From positions 1 to 49,003 of the forward strand of contig JBNJGO010000004.1 of assembly GCA_051819745.1 (NCBI GenBank): a DNA stretch of 49,003 nucleotides, written 5' to 3'. Positions 8,514-17,081 of the stretch are shown piece by piece. This stretch comes from Nanobdellota archaeon. Its GTDB lineage: Archaea; Nanobdellota; Nanobdellia; Woesearchaeales; SKGA01. The translations under genes were made by a program, and so were the position numbers. The notes under the pieces are model-generated. The model saw nothing but the letters and a program-made list of their open reading frames with translations, was not told the origin of the DNA and did not search any database. Every line of letters begins with the position of its first letter. The stretch's first letter is position 1.

Positions 8514-10253
8514 TTATCGCTTCTTTTTGTACAAAAGTAACAACAAAGACAACATCACAAGAATAGAAAGAGAAGAACCAAATATAAATCCATTCCAAAA
8601 AGAACGATCAAAAGAAAGAGAAAAAGTTGATTCTTGGGGAAAATACCCTGAAACATCACTAAGGTGAAGAGCATATTCGGTAAATAACAAAGCAGAAACA
8701 GGATCCTCTTGAGCGAGGACTTGAGAATACTCATAATAACTATACCCTAAAATAGGAAATCGATCCAAGGCAATTGAAGAAGAGAGTATTTCTGCTGTGC
8801 GATTTAATTTTACATCAAGAAGAGGTTGATTTGCAGATTCGGGCAAAGTAAGTGTCGAGATAAATAATTCAGAGTGAGCTTTTGCCTTGGAGGCTTTAAA
8901 CAATGCTAGAGCATATTCCTCGTCATTAAAATACTGTTGAGCTTGATTAATATTTTCGGAAACACTTGATAATAATGAAGGAGCAACCATCGTACGCAAT
9001 AACGTATAACGGACTTCAGCATTATGAATTTCTTCAAGGGAAGCACTTTTCAGATGAGGAGTGTCAAGTTGGAGCGAGGGACCGTCAAGACCAAAAAATG
9101 AAGACCATACAACCGCACTATACTGTCTTTCCAACGCATAAGCTAATAGAGAGGTAGAAATGTTGCTCGTGTTTATTTCATCAAGATACTGTTTTGATTC
9201 TAATAATCGTTCCTTGACAACAACATACGCTTCAAGATCAGAGAACGTAGAAAGAGGTTTATTGTCAACAATAGATTCACTGCGCTCTATGGCCGAATAA
9301 AGAACATCATAGGATTGTTTGAGTTCTTCTTGTGAAGTGTTTTGAAGAAGTAATTGTCGCAAGCGAAGATTAGCAGTATAACAATATGAAGCTCTCGAAT
9401 ACCATTTTTTGTTTGAAGAAGCATTTTTTGAATTGTTAAAAAAATCACGAGCGTACGTGAATAAGGAAGAATTAGACTCAGGTACTTGAGATAACAAGGA
9501 CTGGGTTCGATTACAAAGCAAATCAGATGTGTGTTTCATCGTTGAAGAATATGCTTTTGAAGGGGAAGGAGCATCGTATTGAGAAAGCTCATAGGAACCA
9601 TTTGATGCAATTGCCAACGCTTCACGAACAGTAGATATAGGAAAAATATCGACAGATACATTTTTTGAAAGTTGTGTGAGATTAAGTGGTTGAGAAGTGA
9701 CGTTTGACGAGTTTGAAAGAGAGTGATTTTTTAGAGGAATAAAAGAAAATTTAGGGACAAACACAGTATTTATCGAAGAGGAATGATCTGCTGCTGAAAT
9801 TTTTTCTTTAACACCGGAAACAGGAGTTATTACACCGCCAGAACTAATAGCTCCAGTCATCGCTATCGAATCAGGAAAAGGAATGTCTTCAAGAAGAGCG
9901 AGCGTGAGTAAAGCAGTAGCCCCGCCCGCACTTGGACCACCAATTATTGAAGAATCGGCTTTTATCGTGTAAAAAAAATCAAAGGAAGAACAATCCTGAG
10001 AAGAAAGGTCACAAGCTATTTCATTAGCAATACGAGTGGCAGTTTGAGTGTCAAGTTGAGAGGAAGGAAATGATTGGATAAACACATCACCACTCCCTCC
10101 AGATTCCATTCTCAATGAAAGACTCGCAGTACCACCTATTTGCGTACCATTATCAAGAATTTTTACAGAAAGAAGCGAAACGCTATCGCTGACCGAAAGT
10201 ACAGGTAACGCGCATAAGACCAGAAATATGAGTAGTAAAAGTGGAAATCGCAT
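8514..10253 (-). CDS. Lon-protease-domain (S16) protein with signal peptide and C-terminal TM anchor; no ATPase domain
   Basis: 579 aa. The N-terminus is signal-like (MRFPLLLLIFLVLCALPVLSV). S16 catalytic-region motifs: IIGGPSAGGATALLTLALL and MTGAISSGGVITPVSGVKEKISAA. There are many N-x-S/T sequons. The C-terminus has a TM helix plus KKKR. Confidence 0.75.
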   Translation of the reverse strand: MRFPLLLLIFLVLCALPVLSVSDSVSLLSVKILDNGTQIGGTASLSLRMESGGSGDVFIQSFPSSQLDTQTATRIANEIACDLSSQDCSSFDFFYTIKADSSIIGGPSAGGATALLTLALLEDIPFPDSIAMTGAISSGGVITPVSGVKEKISAADHSSSINTVFVPKFSFIPLKNHSLSNSSNVTSQPLNLTQLSKNVSVDIFPISTVREALAIASNGSYELSQYDAPSPSKAYSSTMKHTSDLLCNRTQSLLSQVPESNSSLFTYARDFFNNSKNASSNKKWYSRASYCYTANLRLRQLLLQNTSQEELKQSYDVLYSAIERSESIVDNKPLSTFSDLEAYVVVKERLLESKQYLDEINTSNISTSLLAYALERQYSAVVWSSFFGLDGPSLQLDTPHLKSASLEEIHNAEVRYTLLRTMVAPSLLSSVSENINQAQQYFNDEEYALALFKASKAKAHSELFISTLTLPESANQPLLDVKLNRTAEILSSSIALDRFPILGYSYYEYSQVLAQEDPVSALLFTEYALHLSDVSGYFPQESTFSLSFDRSFWNGFIFGSSLSILVMLSLLLLLYKKKR

Positions 10254-10292
10254 AGGAGAAAGTGAATGAGAAAGAGTTTAAAAAAGTATCAC

Positions 10293-10886
10293 TTAATGTT
10301 TGTTTCGACCGCGAGCCCTAACGACTTCAAGACGATCGAGAACAGCAGAATAATTATTTGAGGAAGAATATCCTTCAAGAAAGGCAGAGAATAAAGACTT
10401 CGCTTCTTTGTAATGAGTACTTTCAAGCGCTTGTTCAAGTAAATGAATGTCAACAGCATAATCTTCAGCTTTTGTTGAAAAAAACGACAGACCGAAATCA
10501 ATCAGAAAAAGAACCCCATCAGAGACAATACAATTTGAGGTTGTGAGGTCCCCATGGACTATCGTATTGTTGTGTAGTAACGCCGTGTATGAACCGAGAA
10601 GTTTGAGAAATGAAGAATCAGCATTATTTGAGAACAACCAATCTCGAAGGCGAAGCCCAGGAAGATATGTCATCGTGATTGTGGAGTTTTCAAGAGAAGA
10701 GTCAGGAACAGGAATACCAAGAGAATGAGCTTTCTCAAGCACTTTTTGCTCTCGTTTTGAACGTGATTTTCGAAGGGAAGTGTCAAGTTCAGGGTGACGA
10801 TAGGATTTAGCAACACGAACCTTAGAGACCGTCTCACCATCCCGGTAGATAATACTTTCTGCACCTTGAGATAATTGTTCGACCAT
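10293..10886 (-). CDS. bud32: Bud32/PRPK-type KEOPS kinase
   Basis: 197 aa. Motifs: GAESIIY, HGDLTTSN, LIDFGLS. The short RIO/Bud32-like architecture is typical of the archaeal Kae1-associated kinase. Confidence 0.85.
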   Translation of the reverse strand: MVEQLSQGAESIIYRDGETVSKVRVAKSYRHPELDTSLRKSRSKREQKVLEKAHSLGIPVPDSSLENSTITMTYLPGLRLRDWLFSNNADSSFLKLLGSYTALLHNNTIVHGDLTTSNCIVSDGVLFLIDFGLSFFSTKAEDYAVDIHLLEQALESTHYKEAKSLFSAFLEGYSSSNNYSAVLDRLEVVRARGRNKH

Positions 10887-11017
10887 ACTAAGGGGAAGAG
10901 AATACTTGTTTTAAAATATTGCGGAAGAAAGGAATAAGGGAAAATAGTATTTTTATCATTCAATAGTGATAAAAAACACAAATATTTATATAGTACTGTT
11001 ACCTAACAACATCTACA

Positions 11018-11386
11018 ATGGTAAAAAATGATTTGGTAAATAGGATCCTAACATACAGCACAATAGCACTAGGCGCTTTCTCAGCATACAATTGTTCAAG
11101 CTACAAAACAATTAGTGGAGAACCAACGGTCGGCGTTGTTAAATATAATGACGACAAAAAAGTGATACAAACAGGCATAACATTTGACAAATACGATAAA
11201 CAAGCTTTCTTAATAGCAACAGAAAAACCAACAGAAAAAAAGAAAGTACACAGTAAATATGATAGCATAAAAAAAATCAAAATTGAAGTTAATAGACAAG
11301 ATTGGAACCAGATAAAAAATAGAGATAAAAATAATACCACTTACATTTTAACTCCTGCAACTATAAAAAAAATAAAATACAAATAA
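11018..11386 (+). CDS. Hypothetical secreted/lipoprotein-like protein
   Basis: 122 aa. A hydrophobic N-terminus ends in a lipobox-like FSAYNC. It is Lys-rich. TTTATATA lies about 26-33 nt upstream of the ATG. Confidence 0.5.
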   Translation: MVKNDLVNRILTYSTIALGAFSAYNCSSYKTISGEPTVGVVKYNDDKKVIQTGITFDKYDKQAFLIATEKPTEKKKVHSKYDSIKKIKIEVNRQDWNQIKNRDKNNTTYILTPATIKKIKYK

Positions 11387-11391
11387 AAAAC

Positions 11392-11787
11392 TCAGCGAGA
11401 TTTCATCAAAGCATGAGGTTGTTTAATAGGAGTAAGTTCCGCAGTTATTCCCGCACCAGAGCTTGAACAAGCACCTTGTTGAAGTAAAACATTATTTCCT
11501 TCAGTAGTTATACAACACGATCCTGAACATTCTCCTTCAGCCAAGATACTATAATCGTACTGCCCACAAGTACAGCCAACCACATCACCACCATCGTCAG
11601 TGATGCGACTCAAGCTAGCAGTAGTTTGCTTAGCATCTCCCACCAAATTCTCATCCACTTGAGTTTGAGGAGTCATCTGAGCAGAACCGCCAGTATTGAC
11701 CATCATTACTAAACTAATCACTCCAACCACAGCGACAATAGCCACCAAAGAAAGAAGTGCAAAACTATTATTATTTTCTTTTGCCAT
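11392..11787 (-). CDS. Small membrane-anchored Cys-rich protein (single CC...C module)
   Basis: The ORF starts at GTG 11799. The ATG at 11787 is preceded by GAGGTG. It has an N-terminal TM helix and then VGCTCGQYDYSILAEGECSGSCCITTEGNNVLLQQGAC, which resembles the repeat module of 12409..13743. Confidence 0.55.
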   Translation of the reverse strand: MAKENNNSFALLSLVAIVAVVGVISLVMMVNTGGSAQMTPQTQVDENLVGDAKQTTASLSRITDDGGDVVGCTCGQYDYSILAEGECSGSCCITTEGNNVLLQQGACSSSGAGITAELTPIKQPHALMKSR

Positions 11788-11906
11788 TATAAAAAACACC
11801 TCACATGTTTATAAAACATACTGAGAACAACACCATTTATAAGTGTTTCGCCTAAAAAAAGAAAAAGAAAAGAAAAAAATATTCTTAACTCCAAATAATA
11901 AGAAGT

Positions 11907-12251
11907 TTAGAACTTAAATTTTTTAGCGTGATGACCAATCACAGGCAAGGGTTTTTCTTCGCCTTGAGCCGAATTAATTATTCCAATGATAAATAATACC
12001 AACATCGCAATATTTACAATCCACGCTATAAAGAAAAGGAATCCTAAACTTATTGCTGTCAAAATAACTGCTACAATTGACAATATTATTGCAGTAATAG
12101 CTAAAACTAAACCTTGATAGACATGAAATTGTGCGAATTTATTTTTTTTCATATTCTCATCAACCAAATACCAAATTAACCCTATTGGGAAAAAATATGC
12201 TAAAATCGCACATGCTTTACCATCATCAATTTCTTGTTTTTTTGCTTTCAT
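11907..12251 (-). CDS. DUF4870-like small membrane protein
   Basis: The ORF starts at TTG 12272. The ATG at 12251 is preceded by GGGGGAT. It has three predicted TM helices. The ILAYFFPIGLIWYLV...HVYQGLVL pattern is reminiscent of DUF4870. Confidence 0.6.
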   Translation of the reverse strand: MKAKKQEIDDGKACAILAYFFPIGLIWYLVDENMKKNKFAQFHVYQGLVLAITAIILSIVAVILTAISLGFLFFIAWIVNIAMLVLFIIGIINSAQGEEKPLPVIGHHAKKFKF

Positions 12252-12408
12252 AAATATCCCCCTATTTTCCAAGAGTAAAGAATATTAATTTATATGTTTA
12301 TAAATTTTTTCTAATATCAAATACAAAAAAGTATGAGATATAAAAGGTCGAAAGAAGAAAAAACGTTCTTAAGAAATTAAAATAAAAGAAAAAAAGAAAA
12401 AAATTGAT

Positions 12409-13743
12409 CTAATTCAAACCCAACGACTCACGGTAAGGCTCACACACATCAGCTTCGCAGTGAATCCCATTGCTCGCATTGACAGGATAATAAAAGACTT
12501 CGGCGGAAGTACTTTCACCACCAGTACAATAATCAGGATGACCTACAAATAGTGATGAATGCGTTGAACCATCAGCAGAATATTTACAGCAACAATACTG
12601 GGCTAAATCTACATAGCAATCTTGAGCGGGAACTCCTTGATGAAAGAATGCCCCAACACCAAGATCATCACATTCACCTTCAGTAGATTGAAATGCATCA
12701 TCCTGTCCATTTACAAAAGATAATTGAGTTCCATTATCAACGAAAATAGGATTAAAATCATAACAACAACCAAGAGATTCATTTTCTCCTTCAAGAGAGT
12801 GATCTGCAGGAGAATATGCATCACATAAATCCGGATCCGTTATATTATAAAGAACAGCACCCCCATCATCTTGACAATCCAAAACAGGAAGCCAAACAGA
12901 CTGGTTATTCAACAAACAACATGCTTCTCGAGAATTTTGCTGATCAGCAGAATCTAAACATTCTTCTTTGGAAACGTCAAGTGCGATTCCTTGCGATTGA
13001 TAATTATTTTCACACCAAAAAGCAGTCGTCCACATCAGATTTCCAGCATCATTAACTCGGCAACAAACATCTCGACATAATTTTTCATCGTCAACTAGAA
13101 AATATGTCCCTTCTTGATCCTTGCATTTTTCAGGAGGAAGGATTTCAGTATGAAAACCAACAGCACTATCATCTTCGATTACACAACAATCAGATTGTTC
13201 TTCGCATTTTTCGTCAGCAACTAAATAGCCCTGATGTTCATCTTTACAAAACTGACTTGGATTTGGATCTGAAACCATATAAAACTCACCTGTTTGAGAT
13301 GAATAACAACATCGCTCTTCAACATCGCATTTTTCTAAAGGAAGAACATAGCCACCATATTTATCTTTACACTCTTGTTGAGGATTTGCGGAATAAAACA
13401 TGTGAAATTCACCAGTAACAGAATCATAACAGCACGTTTCTGATTCTTCATCACCACAAGTCTTTTCCCAAGAACCACCATATCGTTTACATTCTTCTTG
13501 AGAATAGGACGGATGGGATTGACCGTCAATAATACAGCAACCTTTTATTGTTAATTCGTTTGAATTTATTTCAGCAGAATCATACGAACGTTCTCTAGAA
13601 AAAGCTTCACCAGCAATATTATCATCAGCTGAAGAAATAGAAGATACATCAATCAGAGAAACAATTCCAACAATCCCTACGATAGCAACAACACTAACTA
13701 GAAATAACGTAAATTGTTTATCAGTTATATTCATTTTGGACAT
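12409..13743 (-). CDS. Cysteine-rich repeat surface protein (about 8 CC-x-C-x-C modules), N-terminal TM/signal anchor
   Basis: The ORF runs to 13863. The ATG at 13743 is preceded by GGTGGGGTG. After the anchor (FTLFLVSVVAIVGIVGIVSLI) come repeated modules such as CCYDSVTGEFHMFYSANPQQECKDKYGGYVLPLEKC, CCYSSQTGEFYMVSDPNPSQFCKDEHQGYLVADEKC and CCVIEDDSAVGFHTEILPPEKCKDQEGTYFLVDDEKLC. Confidence 0.7.
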   Translation of the reverse strand: MSKMNITDKQFTLFLVSVVAIVGIVGIVSLIDVSSISSADDNIAGEAFSRERSYDSAEINSNELTIKGCCIIDGQSHPSYSQEECKRYGGSWEKTCGDEESETCCYDSVTGEFHMFYSANPQQECKDKYGGYVLPLEKCDVEERCCYSSQTGEFYMVSDPNPSQFCKDEHQGYLVADEKCEEQSDCCVIEDDSAVGFHTEILPPEKCKDQEGTYFLVDDEKLCRDVCCRVNDAGNLMWTTAFWCENNYQSQGIALDVSKEECLDSADQQNSREACCLLNNQSVWLPVLDCQDDGGAVLYNITDPDLCDAYSPADHSLEGENESLGCCYDFNPIFVDNGTQLSFVNGQDDAFQSTEGECDDLGVGAFFHQGVPAQDCYVDLAQYCCCKYSADGSTHSSLFVGHPDYCTGGESTSAEVFYYPVNASNGIHCEADVCEPYRESLGLN

Positions 13744-13873
13744 TACAACACCCCACCACACTATCAAAAAAAGTGCGATACTAACGATGGAGAAAAAATC
13801 ATTTATAAAACTTACTATACAAAAACAAAACAACAATAAATACAATAAAAAAAATAATATCAAATCAAATTAT

Positions 13874-14167
13874 TTAATCGAGAGAATTCAAGAGATCATC
13901 CATTTCATATTTTGAGACTTTTCCTTTGTTGAGAAGACCCATCACGGGTTTTTTATCTCTACCACCAACAACGGAATCATACTCGAATTCATTAGTTTCT
14001 TTTTCAATAGGTTTAATTGAAGAAGATGCTTCGTTTTGAGCTTCTTCAAACGCTTGCTCATAACTAGTATCAGCAACCGCATCAAATTCATCTTCAAAAC
14101 CTTCACCAAAATCTTCATACAAATCAGGATCGTAAGGGTCAGTCATATCTTCTTGGTCATAATCCAT
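13874..14167 (-). CDS. Hypothetical acidic protein
   Basis: The ORF runs to 14212. The ATG at 14167 is preceded by GAGGTGA. The N-terminal half is very Asp/Glu-rich. No family recognised. Confidence 0.5.
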   Translation of the reverse strand: MDYDQEDMTDPYDPDLYEDFGEGFEDEFDAVADTSYEQAFEEAQNEASSSIKPIEKETNEFEYDSVVGGRDKKPVMGLLNKGKVSKYEMDDLLNSLD

Positions 14168-14315
14168 AAATCTCACCTCAACCAGAGTAGTGTATATGTT
14201 TGAGATTCTCACATATATAAATCTTTCGAAAATGTTGTTACTTTTAAGTAGTTTATTTTTATGTTTTCATTTTTTAAAAAGTAGAAAAAAGTACAACTGA
14301 ATGAAAAAGAAGTAA

Positions 14316-14636
14316 TTACGACCTTTTTTTATCAAAAGGAATGCGCGTGAACTTTTTACAAGAAAAACAATAATACGTCACTTGTTTTTTTCGAATTCGA
14401 ACCCTATAATTCTTTCCAGGAATAAAAACAGTTTTACAATGTTTGCAATAAGATCTTTTAATGTCACGAGGGAGTTTAACACGATTTTTACGACTAATTC
14501 TACGAATAAGGTACGAATAACGCTGAGAACGAGAGGGACGAGTGAACAAAAATTTTTTTTGAAGAGAAAATAACTCATCAATGGCACGATGTGAGCGACG
14601 AGCAATCTTTTTCTTAAATCTTTTTTCAAAAACCAT
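14316..14636 (-). CDS. rnp4: RNase P protein component 4 (Rpp21/Rpr2 family)
   Basis: 106 aa and basic. It has an Rpr2-type helical N-terminus followed by a zinc ribbon, CKHC...x17...CFSC. Confidence 0.85.
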   Translation of the reverse strand: MVFEKRFKKKIARRSHRAIDELFSLQKKFLFTRPSRSQRYSYLIRRISRKNRVKLPRDIKRSYCKHCKTVFIPGKNYRVRIRKKQVTYYCFSCKKFTRIPFDKKRS

Positions 14637-14730
14637 ACTAACAACAAGTAATTATTAAAGACTATAAAAAACTAACCTTACAAGCAACAAAACTCGAAAA
14701 ACACTTAAAAGATAACTGCAACAACAATAG

Positions 14731-15237
14731 ATGATGAACGAAAAAAACCACAATCAAGTACTTCTTGACAGCATAACAGCATTTGCAAAAGAACTATGTG
14801 ACCCATCAAACATTTTTAAACAAGACATTGAAATCCATAAAGGAATCGCTGTAGAAATACCACCTCACATCACCACACTAATACAACAAATTAGTGAAAC
14901 ACCACTACACAAAGGAAAAATAATCGGCAGATTCAAACACAACACATTCATACCAAGTACAACACTTCTAGAGCGAATACAACAACACACAACAAAATAT
15001 ATTAAAGTAGATGAAAACACTGCATGGTTATTTACTTGCGCGAGAGATATTTTTCCAGAAAATATCATAGAACGAGGGTATGAAGCCAATAATTACACTA
15101 CAAAAAAAGTACTTGTTATAGATAATAATAAAAGAGTAATCGGAATTGCAAAACGACAAAAAAGAACAGCAGGAACAATCTATAAAAATATTATTGATAT
15201 CGGTAAAGCACTGCGAGATGAAATAACTATTTCTTAA
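14731..15237 (+). CDS. NIP7-like ribosome-biogenesis protein with C-terminal PUA domain
   Basis: 168 aa. The C-terminal pattern AWLFTCARDIFPENI...KKVLVIDNNKRVIGIAKRQ...IYKNIIDIGKALRDE matches the archaeal Nip7 PUA region as I recall it (..FLFTTGKD..KRVVVLNDLGDIIGIG..IKNLKDVGEFLRR). Confidence 0.65.
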   Translation: MMNEKNHNQVLLDSITAFAKELCDPSNIFKQDIEIHKGIAVEIPPHITTLIQQISETPLHKGKIIGRFKHNTFIPSTTLLERIQQHTTKYIKVDENTAWLFTCARDIFPENIIERGYEANNYTTKKVLVIDNNKRVIGIAKRQKRTAGTIYKNIIDIGKALRDEITIS

Positions 15238-16417
15238 GCACTTCTAAAGCAGGAAGTTTTTGTCCAGACAATAGTTGAAGGCTGGCACCACCACCCGTTG
15301 AGATGTGAGTCATGTCATTCTTGTAAGGAGTTTGACGAAGTGCAGCTGCAGTATCACCCCCGCACACGATGGAAGTCATAGAAGATTCTGCAATTAATCT
15401 AGCAATCCTTCGCGTTCCGGTATCAAAAGGAGGAACTTCAAAAAGACCTAAAGGACCATTCCAAACAACTGTTTTTGCAGAGTGAAGTAAAGTGGAAAAA
15501 ATATTTACGGATTCAGGACCAATATCATATGCTGATTTGAAGGCAGGAATATCATCTGAAGAACATACTGAAATATGTTTTTGCCCATCAAAAGAAGAAA
15601 CCGTTCTTATTTTATTAAGATATGAAGGAGCAGTTACAAGAAAGTCTTCAGGAAATACCAATTTTTCACGATATTCATTAAATAACCATTCGGCTTGTGA
15701 AAGCATATCATTTTCAACAAGAGAAGAGCCCACTTCAAGACCAATCGCCTTCATAAAGGTAAATACAACCCCACCTGCAAGAATTATCTTATCAACTTGA
15801 GATGCGATAGCGTGAAACAAAGGAAGTTTATCAGCTATTTTAGCAGGACCGAAAATTGCGATTATAGGATGGTTTTGATCTAAAGAAACATGTTCTAATT
15901 CTTTTTCTATAAGCAAGCCGGCAGAGGAAGGAAGCAACTGAGGTAATTGATAGACAGAAGCATCTTTTCGATGAGCAGTTCCAAACGCATCATTAACATA
16001 CACATCAGCAAAGGAAGATAATTGTTTTGCAAAATCCAAATCACCTTTTTTTTCACCTTCATAAAAACGAAGATTCTCAAATAAAACAATACGAGAAGAA
16101 GAAGGTAATTGTTCGTAAATATCTTGATGAAAATATACTGGTTGCTCAAGATATTCTTCAAGCCTATCAAGAACAGGATGAAGAGATAATGTCGACATCC
16201 TCTTACCATTTGGCCGTCCAAGATGAGATGCGAGAATGAGTTGTTTTGGAGATTGTTCTAGAATGTGTTGTATTGTTGGAAGTGCGTTTCGTATTCTAAA
16301 ATCACTCGAGATAACACCGTTGTCATCTAAAGGAACATTCAAATCAAGACGCAGAAAAACCCTTTTATCTTTCAAATCAACATCCTGAACTTTTTTAATA
16401 TCATTGAAATCCATCAT
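15227..16417 (-). CDS. pgk: Phosphoglycerate kinase
   Basis: 396 aa. Motifs: RLDLNVPL, ASHLGRP, AFGTAHR, GGGAS. The ATG overlaps the upstream stop (ATGA), and GGGTGA lies upstream. Confidence 0.95.
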   Translation of the reverse strand: MMDFNDIKKVQDVDLKDKRVFLRLDLNVPLDDNGVISSDFRIRNALPTIQHILEQSPKQLILASHLGRPNGKRMSTLSLHPVLDRLEEYLEQPVYFHQDIYEQLPSSSRIVLFENLRFYEGEKKGDLDFAKQLSSFADVYVNDAFGTAHRKDASVYQLPQLLPSSAGLLIEKELEHVSLDQNHPIIAIFGPAKIADKLPLFHAIASQVDKIILAGGVVFTFMKAIGLEVGSSLVENDMLSQAEWLFNEYREKLVFPEDFLVTAPSYLNKIRTVSSFDGQKHISVCSSDDIPAFKSAYDIGPESVNIFSTLLHSAKTVVWNGPLGLFEVPPFDTGTRRIARLIAESSMTSIVCGGDTAAALRQTPYKNDMTHISTGGGASLQLLSGQKLPALEVLKK

Positions 16418-16734
16418 AACTCACCCTTATGTTTATTAGCATACTCAAACACTCTCGAATCAGGATTAACACCATCTTTAGCATTTAACGAATAATACAC
16501 TTTTCTTGAAACCGAACCCCATGAAAAAGAACCTTTTTCTTCGACTGTTTTCTTATCAAAGACTTCTAAAGACACTCCTCGTTCACACTGATAATACACA
16601 TTTCTCATAGAAGTTTTTGCAAAAAGAACTTTATAATGACTATAAATATCGTACGCAGTAAGCGATCCGAACACAAAGAGTATTTCTTTGATATGCTCTC
16701 GCACAACACTATATGAAGGTCTTCCTCGCGACAT
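16414..16734 (-). CDS. Hypothetical small winged-helix-like protein (weak PadR-like pattern)
   Basis: The ORF starts at GTG 16737 with an ATG at 16734. It is co-transcribed and overlapping with pgk. LTAYDIY...VYYQCERG...KVYYSLN is a weak wHTH resemblance. Confidence 0.45.
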   Translation of the reverse strand: MSRGRPSYSVVREHIKEILFVFGSLTAYDIYSHYKVLFAKTSMRNVYYQCERGVSLEVFDKKTVEEKGSFSWGSVSRKVYYSLNAKDGVNPDSRVFEYANKHKGEL

Positions 16735-17081
16735 CACAATACTTTAGATAAACATCGCTTAAAAAAGTATCGTTTAAAGGATACCATCGCACAAGGAATA
16801 AAATTGTATAACCAACAATATAAAAAACAACTTTTACCATAAAATGTGGAAGAACACCTCATCGAAGGTTTTTTTGAGAGGATCGGAACGAATAATAAAT
16901 ATGCAAAAGCATCAATACTATCTTGCGGGACAGCGCCGTTTAAAGAGCTATGTCCAGAACAAAACACCAAGTGTATGAAAGAAAACAAAAAAAACCTCTT
17001 TGACTAAAATTTTGAGGAAAAAGAGCCACACATAATTGAACACGAAAAAAGCAGTGTGAACAAAGCTGTTTCAATACATTA

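Noticed and set aside
16734-16988. An 84-aa minus-strand ORF and a 44-aa basic plus-strand ORF (16844-16978) lie in the 344-nt gap upstream of the wHTH-pgk operon.
   Set aside because: The 84-aa translation is Cys/Phe/Ser-rich and non-protein-like, and it would overlap the promoter region. The 44-aa ORF has no ribosome-binding site and no recognisable family. The gap is better explained as terminator plus promoter.
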